This document shows positions 29,794 through 43,761 of a stretch of 64,000 nt of DNA, piece after piece; position 1 is the first letter of the stretch, and every line of letters starts with the position of its first letter. Below the pieces are notes generated by a model that was not told where the DNA came from, did no database searches, and saw nothing but the letters and a program-made list of their open reading frames with translations. This DNA comes from Eledone cirrhosa. Lineage: Eukaryota. The stretch is taken from assembly GCA_964016885.1 (NCBI GenBank), contig OZ024743.1, positions 309,628,001-309,692,000 on the forward strand. The letters run 5' to 3'. The position numbers and the translations under genes are program-made.

Positions 29794-30240
29794 TTATATT
29801 GGTCCGATTTTTAGAGCATTAGGTAGAGGTTGAAATTTGTTAATGAAATATGTTTCCTTATTGGTACGTTGGATGAAAGTAGCGTTGTCTATGAATTTGT
29901 AAATGGGGAAAACTTTAAAGGTTGGATGTTGGTTGTGAGCACAATTGGCGATATGTTCACTAAATGCAATCTTTCTGTATTCCTGTATTTTAATTTGTGA
30001 TTTATGGACGGTCATACGTTGACGGGGGCTGTTTTTTGTCTGTCCTGAGCAGATCAAAACATAGATTAGGTTTTCAGATGCACATGTAAAGTTGTGTTTA
30101 ACTGTGAAACGCTGTCCTTGTTTAAAATGGAATATTGAACCTTCTATTAGATTTATGCATATGCCACAGTTGGGCCTTCCGCATTTTGTTACTGTAGGGT
30201 TCATTGTGAGGGTTTGTTGGATTTTGGCTTGTGTGAGGAT
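29794..30240 (-). pseudogene. Neptune-like PLE GIY-YIG endonuclease fragment
   Basis: KCGRPNCGIC...FTCASENLIYVLIC(deletion)GQT..RQRMTVH...SEH...KETYFINKFQP. Confidence 0.8.
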
Positions 30241-30999
30241 GTTTTATATATATATATTTAGGAAAGTAAAAAACAACAACAACGCTGGAGTACAATTTAC
30301 ACAAGGTATTAGGTTCACGTTTAGTGAGAGTGGGGGTTGGTGTAGGTGCGACGTTTCAGGCAAAAGCTCTTCATCAGGAGAGTGGGGGGAGCAGGACATC
30401 CGAGAGGGAGTGAGGGGAGTTAGTTGGGAAAAAAATAAAACATAAAGTGGAAAATAAAAGTAAAAAACAAGTTGTGAAAGGATGTGAGGTGTGTAGAGGT
30501 GGATGGAGGAGGTGGGGAGGGCGGAAGGTGAGGTCTCTGTGTGTGTGTATACGTGGATGGAAGTGTGAGAGTTTGGGGGAGAGCGAGGTTGCATTCTTGT
30601 GGGTTTGGGAAAACTATTGTGTATGTTGGGTGGAGTCTAAGTCTGTGTGTGTGTGCGTGTGTGCGTGTGTGTATGGAGGGAAAGGGGTTGGATGGGGTGG
30701 GGGAGAGCGTGCGGAATCCAGAGGCAGAGTGGGTGTATGTGAGGATGCGCACGTGTATGTGTGTGTTTGTGTGGATATGTTTCAATGTATGGTTGTGTGT
30801 GTGCGAAAATGGTGTAAGTGTTTGTGTGTGTCTGTGTTCCTGAATGGTTTTCGGGTGTGTTTGTAAAAATGGCACTGTTCCGAGTTGTAATCGTGTAGAT
30901 CTCCGAGCGTGTAAAATCTGCGGTAGTGTCCGTGGGGATGGTGAGGAGGAAGTAGAAACTTGTGGGGCGCGCACAACGGGAAGTGGTCAAGAGAGTCAA

Positions 31000-31400
31000 G
31001 TCAACTACTTTAAAACAATAGCGTAAGGTCTTCAAAATGCTTTTTAGTTAAGCATACACTGTATTGCAAAATACAATATATATACATTCATATATATATC
31101 GCTATTTCAGAGCACCAATTCTAATTTTCAATTTTTGCTGGACCGGCAACCGCTCTGTATAATCAGCTCCTTATTATTACTGGAATTCTATAAGAATCCA
31201 ACATTCATAATTTTCAACAGACAAGGGGAGTGCTAAGCACTGAGGAATACCAACAGCATGAAACAGAGATCTGTCATCTTATCTCCCTTTGTTTGTTGAA
31301 AAAAGAAGTGACATAGTCACTACTTTAAAACAATAGCGTAAGGTCTTCAAAATGCTTTTAATTAAGCATACAGTGTATTGCAAAATACACTATATATACA

Positions 31401-31410
<10 letters not shown>
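31000..31410 (+). mobile_element. Retrozyme-like 315-bp unit, 1.3 tandem copies (family B)
   Basis: tactttaaaacaatagcg at 31006 and 31321; ends in (TA)n; contains an HHR. Confidence 0.8.
31211..31302 (+). ncRNA. Hammerhead ribozyme with long stem I
   Basis: ttttcaacagacaaggggag..-CTGAGGA-ataccaacagcat-GAAA-cag agat ctg-TC-..ctccctttgtttgttgaaaa; stem II and proximal stem I are decayed. Confidence 0.65.
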
Positions 31411-31453
<43 letters not shown>

Positions 31454-31981
31454 ATAAGTATATATATATACATATATAAATACATTATCAGAGAAAGCTT
31501 TTAGCGATATTCCGGCCAAATCCCAACTCACTCAACAAACATTAGGAAATAAGTGAGTATATTCCTAATTAAACGTTCGGGGTGCTAACTAATTGCATTG
31601 TGTGGAAAATTGGCTGTATTATTTCATATGAGATATATCGAATATATCTCTTCCCAGACGGACGTCTCGTTTCATTATAAGATTCCTACAATTTGGGTGA
31701 AATTATACCAATTTATATAGAAGCTTGTATAAGATCAACAGATACTTATTCAAGTGGGCTCTTATAATTCTTCAGTGGGTGCCCAATAATACTAATATTG
31801 ATAATCAAATCAATATCAGTATTTAGCGACAATCACCATCAGTACTTGAGGTAGCTGCCAGGTTGCTATTCCAGCAGTTCTAAAGAAATTCTCAAACTGA
31901 TTCAAAAATGAGGAAGTAGATTACCGCCAAAAAACAATACATGCGCAGGACAATGAATTCTAAAAGGAATTCAGGCCATAG

Positions 31982-32536
31982 TTCTAAGTATATTAAAAAA
32001 CTGAATAGTGTGCGTATATATAATAACGCACATAGTATCGGAACTTAACGTGTCTCACAAACTCACACCACTAAAAGTAGCTATTTTCTAACTCAATATA
32101 TACCTTTTATATATTCGGCTCCGTTAATTTGTTGAGCTAATTCAAATCTCGAGTAAACGTGGCTGCTATTTTTAGTGGTGTGAGTTTGTGAGACACGCTA
32201 AGTTCCGATACCATGTGCGTTATTATATATACGCACACTATTCAATTTTTTAATATACTTAGAAGTGACCAGGATACTAATTCTTCACCCACTGATGAGC
32301 AAGGATCGGTATTCTTCTTCACAATTAATTTTGCGAAACAGCATAGCCAAACGCTGTCTGGGTGATTGGTAGTTACCACAATTCCGGTTTGTATTTATTT
32401 CCTTGATTTATTTTTAAATTGAGTCTGGCAAAACCGATTGTCTATAGTTAGTATTCTTTTCACCTTAGCGAATCTGGTCCCTTACGATTTGAACACATAT
32501 ATGTATATATCTGTGTTTATCTTTCTTTTATATTCA

Positions 32537-32545
<9 letters not shown>
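31982..32545 (+). mobile_element. 5'-inverted HHR-bearing element ending in (TA)n
   Basis: About 100-bp inverted repeat 31982-32080 / 32165-32263 directly upstream of an HHR. Confidence 0.7.
32285..32365 (+). ncRNA. Canonical type I hammerhead ribozyme
   Basis: tcaccca-CTGATGA-gcaag...tttgc-GAAA-cagc atagccaaac gctg-TC-tgggtga; intact core and GUC cleavage triplet. Confidence 0.92.
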
Positions 32546-32576
<31 letters not shown>

Positions 32577-32961
32577 TTAGGTTTGTTGGTTCACCACTGG
32601 ATAGAACTGGTCATTCCGTATGGTCAACCTCGATGTAATATTAGGGATAGCACTCACCCGTCTTCGTTTGTGTTGTTGGTGGTGCGAGTACGGAGTTAAT
32701 TATTATAAAATAACAGGAGGCTGGATTGGTGTCATTCCAAGATTTATTATACTATGATCATTTTAGTGATAGGGTTCAGTATGAATCCGGTGACAACATC
32801 AGGTATTCGAAATTCAACAAAGGAATATAATAGACAAAATTCATGGGGCTGAAAAGCAGAGACAGGAGGGCCGCCGAAGATTTAGGAGCTTCTATCGCGT
32901 TCAGCCGCCCTCAATATATATATATATATATATAAACACTCATCCCTTTATATACATGCAT

Positions 32962-33025
<64 letters not shown>

Positions 33026-33618
33026 AATATACATATATACATATATATTATATAAATGAAAAGTATAGAAATTATTATGAGTAAGAAGCACACAGTATTT
33101 CATAATATATAAGTGACTATAGCGTCAAAATGGGAAAATAGTTAACGTAAGATGTGGAAAAAATAATTCAAACTCAATTCAAAAAGAATCAGGATATAGA
33201 TTCATCCAACAGAATTTAGTGAAATTCATGGAAAAATCAATAGAGCCTTACCTCATGATAAAATAAAGTTTAAAATATTCATCCTTCAATTCGGAGAAAC
33301 TACAAATGCTCTGTATAGTCTTGAAAAGATTATTTCACGAAACTTTCAGTGGGGATGGTCACAGTTGAATCCGATCATCAGTAGAGCTCAACACGATAAC
33401 CAAAATCTCACTATTTTAATATGCCAGAAGGGGAATTTAAAAGCAGGCTAGTTCGACATCAGGCGTAATTATGAAAATAAAACACACGTGTGGAGACAGG
33501 GCTGGTGACGTCGGAATGAGACGAATGTTTGTTTACATGAAATAACAGTCAAAAATATTCCGAAAAAAATTCTACAATAAGGAGTTCAGCAAAAAGCAAT
33601 ATTATCGCGGTTTTTTAA

Positions 33619-33679
<61 letters not shown>

Positions 33680-33682
<3 letters not shown>

Positions 33683-33985
33683 TTGAGGAGGGTCATATTT
33701 GTGTAATAATATTGCCAGAATTAATATTGCAGATGTTGCAGATGTGCAACGAAAGAACGTACTTTGATAGACTATATATATGTGTTTGTGTCTATATTGT
33801 ATCTGTATTTTTGACCGTTGGTCAGTCAATGGCAACATTGAGGACCGAATAAATTAAATTAACCGATATAAAAGACACATAAGCGAAAACCAACCAAACA
33901 GTGAGTGTGTTCTGTTATTAAATAACAATATTTGTTTCGACACACGATTTCATATAAAAAACCTCGCAAAACTAATTCATCGCCG

Positions 33986-33990
<5 letters not shown>
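33680..33990 (+). mobile_element. Family C-related terminal fragment truncated at HHR stem II
   Basis: gttgcagatgtgcaac-GAAA-gaac plus a tail homologous to 13500-13890, with a short inverted terminus at 33680-33720. Confidence 0.6.
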
Positions 33991-34503
<513 letters not shown>

Positions 34504-34851
34504 TATAAAGGGATGGGTGTTTATTCTATTTTAAAATTTAGCATCAATATATTCACTTTGGGCAACCTAACTAACAAAATCCGATATTCAAAAAATGTTT
34601 CCTGTTATATTTAAGAAATTGATTTCGCCATACCGCATGGATAAGAATTCAAAATTACATTAGTGTAATATCGTAGTAGAATTTTAAAAGAAGTGAGATT
34701 TTCTATTTATATTTTCGAAATCAATATTTCAATACTGTAAATCGATTATATTGTCACCGCTTCTACTGCAGTTTTCTGAAAGACGCATTTTAAATTAACA
34801 CGATCAGTAGGTTAAAATGATTTGTTATCCGTATTTTCCACTGTCTGTATT

Positions 34852-34919
<68 letters not shown>

Positions 34920-35197
34920 AAACTTGCTGTGGAGGTTGCAAATGTTGGTTTTATTCAATGAACAAATAACATTTTTCTGAGGTCAGCATAAGACCTATTT
35001 CTTCCCTAAAATAATCCTTCATTCATAATATTCTTTTCCATCCAAAACTGAAATCTACCTTCCTCTACCCATAAGTTAAGGTTCTTCTACTACTATATTA
35101 CTATCTTGACCCTCACTATCTCTCTATTGGTCAATCCAAAACCTGTTCCCAAACAGACCTATTGTATTGAATCTTTGTTTTTTTCAATAAACAAATA

Positions 35198-35339
35198 TCA
35201 TTATTTCTGAAGACAGCATATATATGTGTAGGTATGTATATTCCCTCTGATAGTTTGTATAAATATTGTACATAGATCTATAGAATATGCATACCAACTC
35301 TAACACATATATATCCTAGAAACGATCGTAAAATGATGA
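35198..35339 (+). ncRNA. Hammerhead ribozyme with about 105-nt stem II (5' pLTR)
   Basis: cattattt-CTGAAGA-cagc atatatatgtgt a ggtatgtatattc...gaatatgcatacc..acacatatatat ccta-GAAA-cgatcg-TA-aaatgatg. Confidence 0.8.
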
Positions 35340-35675
35340 ATTGTTTTAATATAAGGAACTGTTTCTTTGTTTATTCATTATTTTATTAATTTATCTTGAC
35401 TCTGTTTTCCGTTTATTTTTCACCGAAAGTAGTTATTGAATGCATCTTATCTTTTCATGATATCCGGATTACATTGAGTTCTTCATACGGATTGGACACT
35501 ACCGTAAACTTTTGGTAGATTTATCTACATACTTTGCTCCTATTTTCATGGGGATATTCTTATTTTTATATTGTATGTGTATATATATTTATATATATAT
35601 ACATATATGTGTATAATTTTATAACTCCATATATAAATAGTTGAGCTCTTTTTCTTGTCCATTATCCATATCACA

Positions 35676-37283
35676 ATGGAAAAACAATACTTGGGAACTT
35701 CTTTAAAGAATATACCATTACCTTCTAAGGATGATTTCTTACTTCTTATGATACAAAAAACCAACCAATTTATCAGAAGAGTCAGATGGAGGGCCTACCA
35801 CTTCGATAAAAAAACAAAATGTACTGATAGGAAATATTTTTATGATTTCACTACATATAAAAATCCACCACACAACTCCTTACTTGAAAACTTTGAGAAA
35901 GACCTTTTTAATTTAATCAAACACCTCAAATTTAAGAGGTATAAATCTAATCTTCAAAAGGACCTTGATTCTACCCTATTGAACATAAAAAAATCTAAAA
36001 AAGTCCATGTCCACTCGGACAAAACTGGAAATCTATATCACATGGATATTGAAAATTACAATGAGTTCATATATAAAGAACTCAGGAAAAATTATAGAAA
36101 AACAAACAATGCGTCACTTACCAACATCAACAACAAAACACACAGCATAGTGAATAGACTTAATATTGAAGATAGAACTGAACCTTTGGTATTGAAAAGA
36201 CCAAACTTCAACCTGAAAGATCATAAATCTAACTTTAACTCTAATCCTTCTATAAGGCTTATATGCTCTTCCAAATCTGATATTGGAATAATTAGTAAAC
36301 ATTTTTTAGATAGATTCATCCCACAACTAAGAAAACATGTTAATTTACCACTCTGGGATAACACATCCCAGGTAATTAACTGGTTTAATAATATTAGAAA
36401 TAAATCCTCTGCTTCATTTCTACAATTTGATATAGCTAATTATTATTCTTCTATATCACCTATACTCCTGAACAAAGCCTTGATATTTGCTAAAAATAGA
36501 TCTAACTTAACTTTGAATGACATTAATATTATTACACATGCTAGACTAACACTATTGGAATTTCAGAATGAATACTGGACCAGAAACACATATAGTAATC
36601 TATTCGATATTACTATGGGCTCAAGCGATTCTGCCCAAATCACTGATCTTGTGGGCCTCTTTCTTCTTTTTAACATAAATGCTTCCTTTCTCCACCTTAA
36701 AAGTGGTTTATATCGTGACGACTGTCTTCTTCTTTCCAATAACCTTAGCCTCTCAGAGATAGAAAAAAATAAAAAGCTTATTAGAACTTTCCTTAAAGAC
36801 TATTATAGTCTAGATATTACATTTGAAAACACAAGTAAAGTAGTTAATTTCCTAGATATAACATTAGACTTATCTACGGGTATCTACCAACCTTACCATA
36901 AACCCAACCAAAATTTACACTACATTCACTCACAATCTAATCACCCTAAATCTATCCTTAAAAACCTTGCATATAATATATCACTTAGAATTTCTAACCT
37001 TTCGTCTAACCAAGATGTATTTGATAAAAATGCGACCTTTTATAACGAAGCTCTAGCTAGAAGTGGCCACAAAAATAGATTAGTATATATACTTTCTACC
37101 AATAACACTACAAACATACAACCTAATATTACCAACAAACACCAAATGAAACATACACACCTAAATACCACTCACACTATACCCCAAAACACCAACATAA
37201 AACCAAATTTCTCTAACTCTTCTAATATACAGTATAGTAACTCTCAAAAAACTACTCATCCTACAAACTCTAATAAATGTTAA
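35676..37283 (+). CDS. PLE reverse transcriptase (first part of a frameshifted RT-GIY-YIG ORF)
   Basis: SLKNIPLP, RRVRWRA, SDKTGN, LKDHK, IRLI, QFDIANYYSSI, FDITMGSSDSAQITDLVG, GLYRDD, VNFLDITLDL, YHKPN, SNHP. First ATG near 35677. Confidence 0.88.
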   Translation: MEKQYLGTSLKNIPLPSKDDFLLLMIQKTNQFIRRVRWRAYHFDKKTKCTDRKYFYDFTTYKNPPHNSLLENFEKDLFNLIKHLKFKRYKSNLQKDLDSTLLNIKKSKKVHVHSDKTGNLYHMDIENYNEFIYKELRKNYRKTNNASLTNINNKTHSIVNRLNIEDRTEPLVLKRPNFNLKDHKSNFNSNPSIRLICSSKSDIGIISKHFLDRFIPQLRKHVNLPLWDNTSQVINWFNNIRNKSSASFLQFDIANYYSSISPILLNKALIFAKNRSNLTLNDINIITHARLTLLEFQNEYWTRNTYSNLFDITMGSSDSAQITDLVGLFLLFNINASFLHLKSGLYRDDCLLLSNNLSLSEIEKNKKLIRTFLKDYYSLDITFENTSKVVNFLDITLDLSTGIYQPYHKPNQNLHYIHSQSNHPKSILKNLAYNISLRISNLSSNQDVFDKNATFYNEALARSGHKNRLVYILSTNNTTNIQPNITNKHQMKHTHLNTTHTIPQNTNIKPNFSNSSNIQYSNSQKTTHPTNSNKC

Positions 37284-38100
37284 TAATAAAACTCCTAATA
37301 AACAAGCTAAAACACCTAAATCAATAAATCTAACTAAAAATGTGTGTGGTGAGGTCATTAACAATAATTCTCTTAATAAACATCAGGATGCATCCTATAA
37401 AAACAATAAACAACATCGAAACCGTAATAGACGAGTTACTTGGTATAATGCTCCATTTAATTTACAAATTAAGGATAATATACCTAAAAAATTCTTTAAT
37501 ATCCTAGAGAAAAACTTCCCGCCAAACCACAAATACCATCAAATCTTAAATAGATCAACGGTTAAATTCTCCTACTCAACAACCAAAAACATAAAACAAA
37601 ATATAAGTGCCTATAATGCATATAAATGTAAAAAAACCATGAGTATACCACCAGTACATCAAACTAACCATAATATCTCCTCAGATACAGAATTCACGAA
37701 AAGTTCTAACTGTAGAAACAAGGCAAACTGTCCATTAAAAGGAAATTGCCTTGTTAATAACATAGTATATAAATGTAAAGTTAACACTAAGGACTCAATT
37801 TATTCATATATAGGAGCTACCTCTAACAAATTTAAGTTAAGATTTAATACCCACAAACATAGTTTTAAAAATGCCGCACTAGCTAATACAACATCTCTAG
37901 CTGAAATAATTAATAGTTATAGAAAGAGGAATATAGATTATGACCTGACCTGGAATGTGCTCAAAAGGGCCACCCCTTATCAAAATAGTAGATATGAAGT
38001 TCCCAAGAACTTTTTGAAATAATGAAATCTAAGGATATCCTATTAAATAAGCGACAGGAATTAATAATATCGTCTAATCATAAACTGAGAAAAACCTTTA
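37261..38100 (+). pseudogene. PLE thumb, linker and GIY-YIG endonuclease (shifted frame; CxxC deleted)
   Basis: RRVTWYNAPF, FPPNHKYHQILNRSTVKFSYS, NCRNKANCPLKGNCL, IVYKC..SYIGAT..FKLRFNTH. Comparison with 50160-50240 shows a small deletion removing CRLC. Confidence 0.85.
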
Positions 38101-38326
38101 AATATTATAAACCTAATTAATATACACTTTAGAAATTAATATATAAACTATTTTTAATTTAGTTAACCTATAATTAATATTCTACTACTGATGAACTACA
38201 TAATTCTGCTTTAAATATTATAAATCTAATTAATATACACTTTAGAAATTAATATATAAACTATTTTTAATTTAGTTAACCTATAATTAATATTCTACTA
38301 CTGATGAACTACATAATTTTGCTTTC
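38096..38326. repeat. About 114-bp tandem duplication in the PLE 3' UTR
   Basis: aatattataaa.ctaattaatatacactttagaa...ctgatgaactacataatt occurs twice. Confidence 0.9.
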
Positions 38327-39285
38327 CTTCTTACAACTATCATTTCCTAAAACTGATACCATTAAGTAAACATATATAATGCTTTAACTTCAGGTTATGA
38401 CTCTATGTTCCTTGAAAACTATATATATTTATTATTTCTCACTAATAAATTTAATTCGCCCCCCCCCCCCCCCCCAATAATTATATGTATATGTAAGTGT
38501 GTATGTGTGTATATATATATATGTATGTATGTATATATGCATGTATATGTATATATATATATATGTGTATATATATATATGTTTGTATGTGTGTGTGTGT
38601 ATGTGTATATATATGTATATATATATATATATATAAGTATATATATATATTATTTTTATATTCTTTTAATTTCCCCTCATCTTTAACAGCACTTTTCAAC
38701 TGCATCTAACGCTTATTTATCATATCTATATGTATTAGTATAATTTTATCAATATAAATATACCCATCAATTAAATTAATTTATATTCTTTTCATAGATG
38801 TATTTTTTTCACTAACATTCTTATCGTAAAACTTTAGTCACCTTAGATATTTGTATTGGCATTACTATTTTATAACAGCAACTGCTTGTATATCTTTTAC
38901 TGACCACCTGACATATTTTCACCCCTAAAATAAGCTTCAATTACTACTATTTTACCATTTGGCCAATTATTAACTTTCTATTGGTTAATTCTAAACCTCT
39001 TACCAAACAGACAGAATATATTAGATCTTTGTTGGTTTTATTCAATGAACAAATAAAATTATTTCTGAGGTCAGCATAAGACCTATTTCTTCCCTAAAAT
39101 AATCCTTCATTCATAATATTCTTTTCGATCCAAAACTGAAATCTACCTTCCTCTACCCATAATTTAAGTTTCTTCTACTACTATATTACTATCTTGACCC
39201 TCACTATCTCTCTATTGGTCAATTCAAAACCTGTTCCCAAACAGACCTATTGTATTGAATCTTTGTTTTTTTCAATAAACAAATA

Positions 39286-39427
39286 TCATTATTTCTGAAG
39301 ACAGCATATATATGTGTAGGTATGTATATTCCCTCTGATAGTTTGTATAAATATTGTACATAGATCTATAGAATATGCATACCAACTCTAACACATATAT
39401 ATCCTAGAAACGATCGTAAAATGATGA
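39286..39427 (+). ncRNA. Hammerhead ribozyme with long stem II (3' pLTR)
   Basis: Same sequence as 35198-35339. Confidence 0.8.
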
Positions 39428-39476
39428 ATTATTTTAATATAAGGAACTGTTTCTTTGTTTATTCATTATTTTATTA

Positions 39477-39557
<81 letters not shown>

Positions 39558-39561
<4 letters not shown>

Positions 39562-40221
39562 CCCACTTGCAACCACGCAGCACGTTTGTTTTCATATTCA
39601 CACATATATTTTCCCCCGCTGTGATCCGTCTATTTCGTTCTTACTGCTTCCTCTTTCTCTGTATCTTTACCCTCTCTAACAGTCACTCTCTCTCTGTTAG
39701 CCTCTTCCTCACCCTTCACTCACTCACTCTCTGCTACTACATCTCCTACTTCCTCCCGTTTGATATGTGCGTAATTCTTTTCTCGCGTACGCTTGACCAG
39801 GCTAGTTCTCCTTTTTTCTCTCTCTTCTACGATTTCACAGAACTTATGTTCAGTGAATTCACGGACTGGACTCCTTTTTCCTCCCGTTTGACCTATGCGG
39901 AATTCCTTCCTTGCTCACATTTCGACTAGGTTTGATGGTCTTTAATCTCTCTCGTTCACGATTTCACCGAACTTATATTCATAGAAATCTGGGACTTGAC
40001 CCTTTCTTCCTCACTTTTCCTTGCTTTACCATCTTTGTTTGTTTATACTCTCGCTCGTTCCTTTTATTTACGTGTCCCAACGACTTTCTTTAGCCGTTGC
40101 TCGCACCAACCGGAGGTATATTTTCTTTAAAGCGATGAAATACCAATGATGGTTGGAAGATCACTGATGAAGGACTAACTTTATTCATATGTAACCCATT
40201 TGCAACCTCCACAGCACGTTT

Positions 40222-40225
<4 letters not shown>
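39558..40225 (+). mobile_element. Non-coding about 635-bp element with short terminal direct repeat, between (TA)n tracts
   Basis: aaccca.ttgcaacc..cagcacgtttgttt at both ends; its 3' 130 bp are homologous (inverted) to 27435-27560. Confidence 0.6.
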
Positions 40226-40279
<54 letters not shown>

Positions 40280-40322
40280 AATACAGACAGTGGAAAATAC
40301 GGATAACAATATATATATATAT

Positions 40323-40500
40323 AACGAAGGAATTGTGGTAGGAACCAGATGGACCATAACGAACCAAAGAACTCAATATTTAGGGTAGTAGAGTGGGTAA
40401 CAGGAACATGTATGACGCCGACGGCAGAGCTCATGCCGTTTCGACGGCTATTTCTGGACGTCGGAACGACTTGAGCTCTGCCGTCGGGGTCATACTTGTT

Positions 40501-40504
<4 letters not shown>
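40323..40504 (-). mobile_element. Family A fold-back element
   Basis: Homologous to 3575-3767. Confidence 0.8.
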
Positions 40505-40553
<49 letters not shown>

Positions 40554-40727
40554 GCAAGTTTGAAGAAGAGTTATATAAAATATACCCAATCTTTCTTCAC
40601 CCTAGTTCGTAGAAATCAACTAGATAAATAATCATTTAAACGGAGCTATAAGTTTAAAATGTAACTTCGAAGTACTAATAGATAAATATATATATATAAT
40701 AGATAAATATATATATATAATAGATAA

Positions 40728-40810
<83 letters not shown>

Positions 40811-40947
40811 CCTGATTACCTTGACCGACCAGTCTGTCGGGCGCCAGTCGGCGCCGCTGTTGACAGCACGTCGTGCTGTCTTAGCCATAAGATGACGCCA
40901 TCACGCTGGCTGGGCGGGCAGTTTATATATCTATATATATATATATA

Positions 40948-42931
<1,984 letters not shown>

Positions 42932-43084
42932 CATATAGATATATAAGTATAAACATATATATGTTTATATATATATATCTATATCCAAAATTAAGATAAC
43001 TCAAATGAATTTAATCTAAATCAAAATTATGTGTGTCATGCCAGAGAGACATGCGCCGTATCACCCGCAAAATAAGCTCTAAGA

Positions 43085-43308
43085 TTCTAACGAGTAGGTC
43101 CGAGCATTGTATAATAACTAGAAATTGATTAACATATAAATAAACATGAATAATCACAAGAGATAATTTTTACAAGTGCGTAAGCACACATAGCTAGGTA
43201 GGTAACTAAATAAAGTTGACCAGAACTTCAAAAATAGATACCTTATAATATGATTAATCTTGTGATTATTCATGTTTATTTATATGTTAATCAATTTCTA
43301 GTTATTAT

Positions 43309-43310
<2 letters not shown>
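43085..43310. repeat. Inverted repeat (about 55-bp arms)
   Basis: ataataactagaaattgattaacatataaataaacatgaataatcacaaga and its reverse complement at 43257-43308. Confidence 0.85.
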
Positions 43311-43364
<54 letters not shown>

Positions 43365-43394
43365 ATACATATAGATATATAAGTATAAACATAA

Positions 43395-43437
<43 letters not shown>

Positions 43438-43761
43438 AGTGTAAGCTTAATAAAATCGAAGCTTTGGCTGTGACCAAGCTAAGGACCTACAATTAGGAAT
43501 GAGGAGCAAAGCACTCGATAAGGTTGCAGGCCTTAGAGTAATAACATTCGTTTAGACAGCTTGACAAATTGAACATTGCGGCAGGTAAACCTAACCACAC
43601 AATACCAAACCAACGAGAAAACTAGTCAGGTTAGATATATATGTTTATACTTATATATCTATATGTATGTTTACATATATATATATATGCGCGCGCGCGT
43701 GTGTGTGTGTGTGATTCGATTTTTAATTTAATGTTTATACATATACATATATATATATATA

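Larger units (their letters stand above)
34944..39480 (+). mobile_element. Near-full-length Hydra-type Penelope-like element with pseudo-LTRs
   Basis: About 450-bp near-identical direct repeats 34944-35392 and 39031-39480 enclose the RT-EN ORF; bounded by (TA)n. Confidence 0.92.

Noticed and set aside
30348-30380. CTGATGA-agagcttttgcct-GAAA-cgTC on minus near the Neptune-like fragment
   Set aside because: The core looks hammerhead-like but no stem I pairing is visible, so it was not called.
38186-38310. Two CTGATGA heptamers in the PLE 3' UTR
   Set aside because: Produced by the tandem duplication; no GAAA or stem partners.
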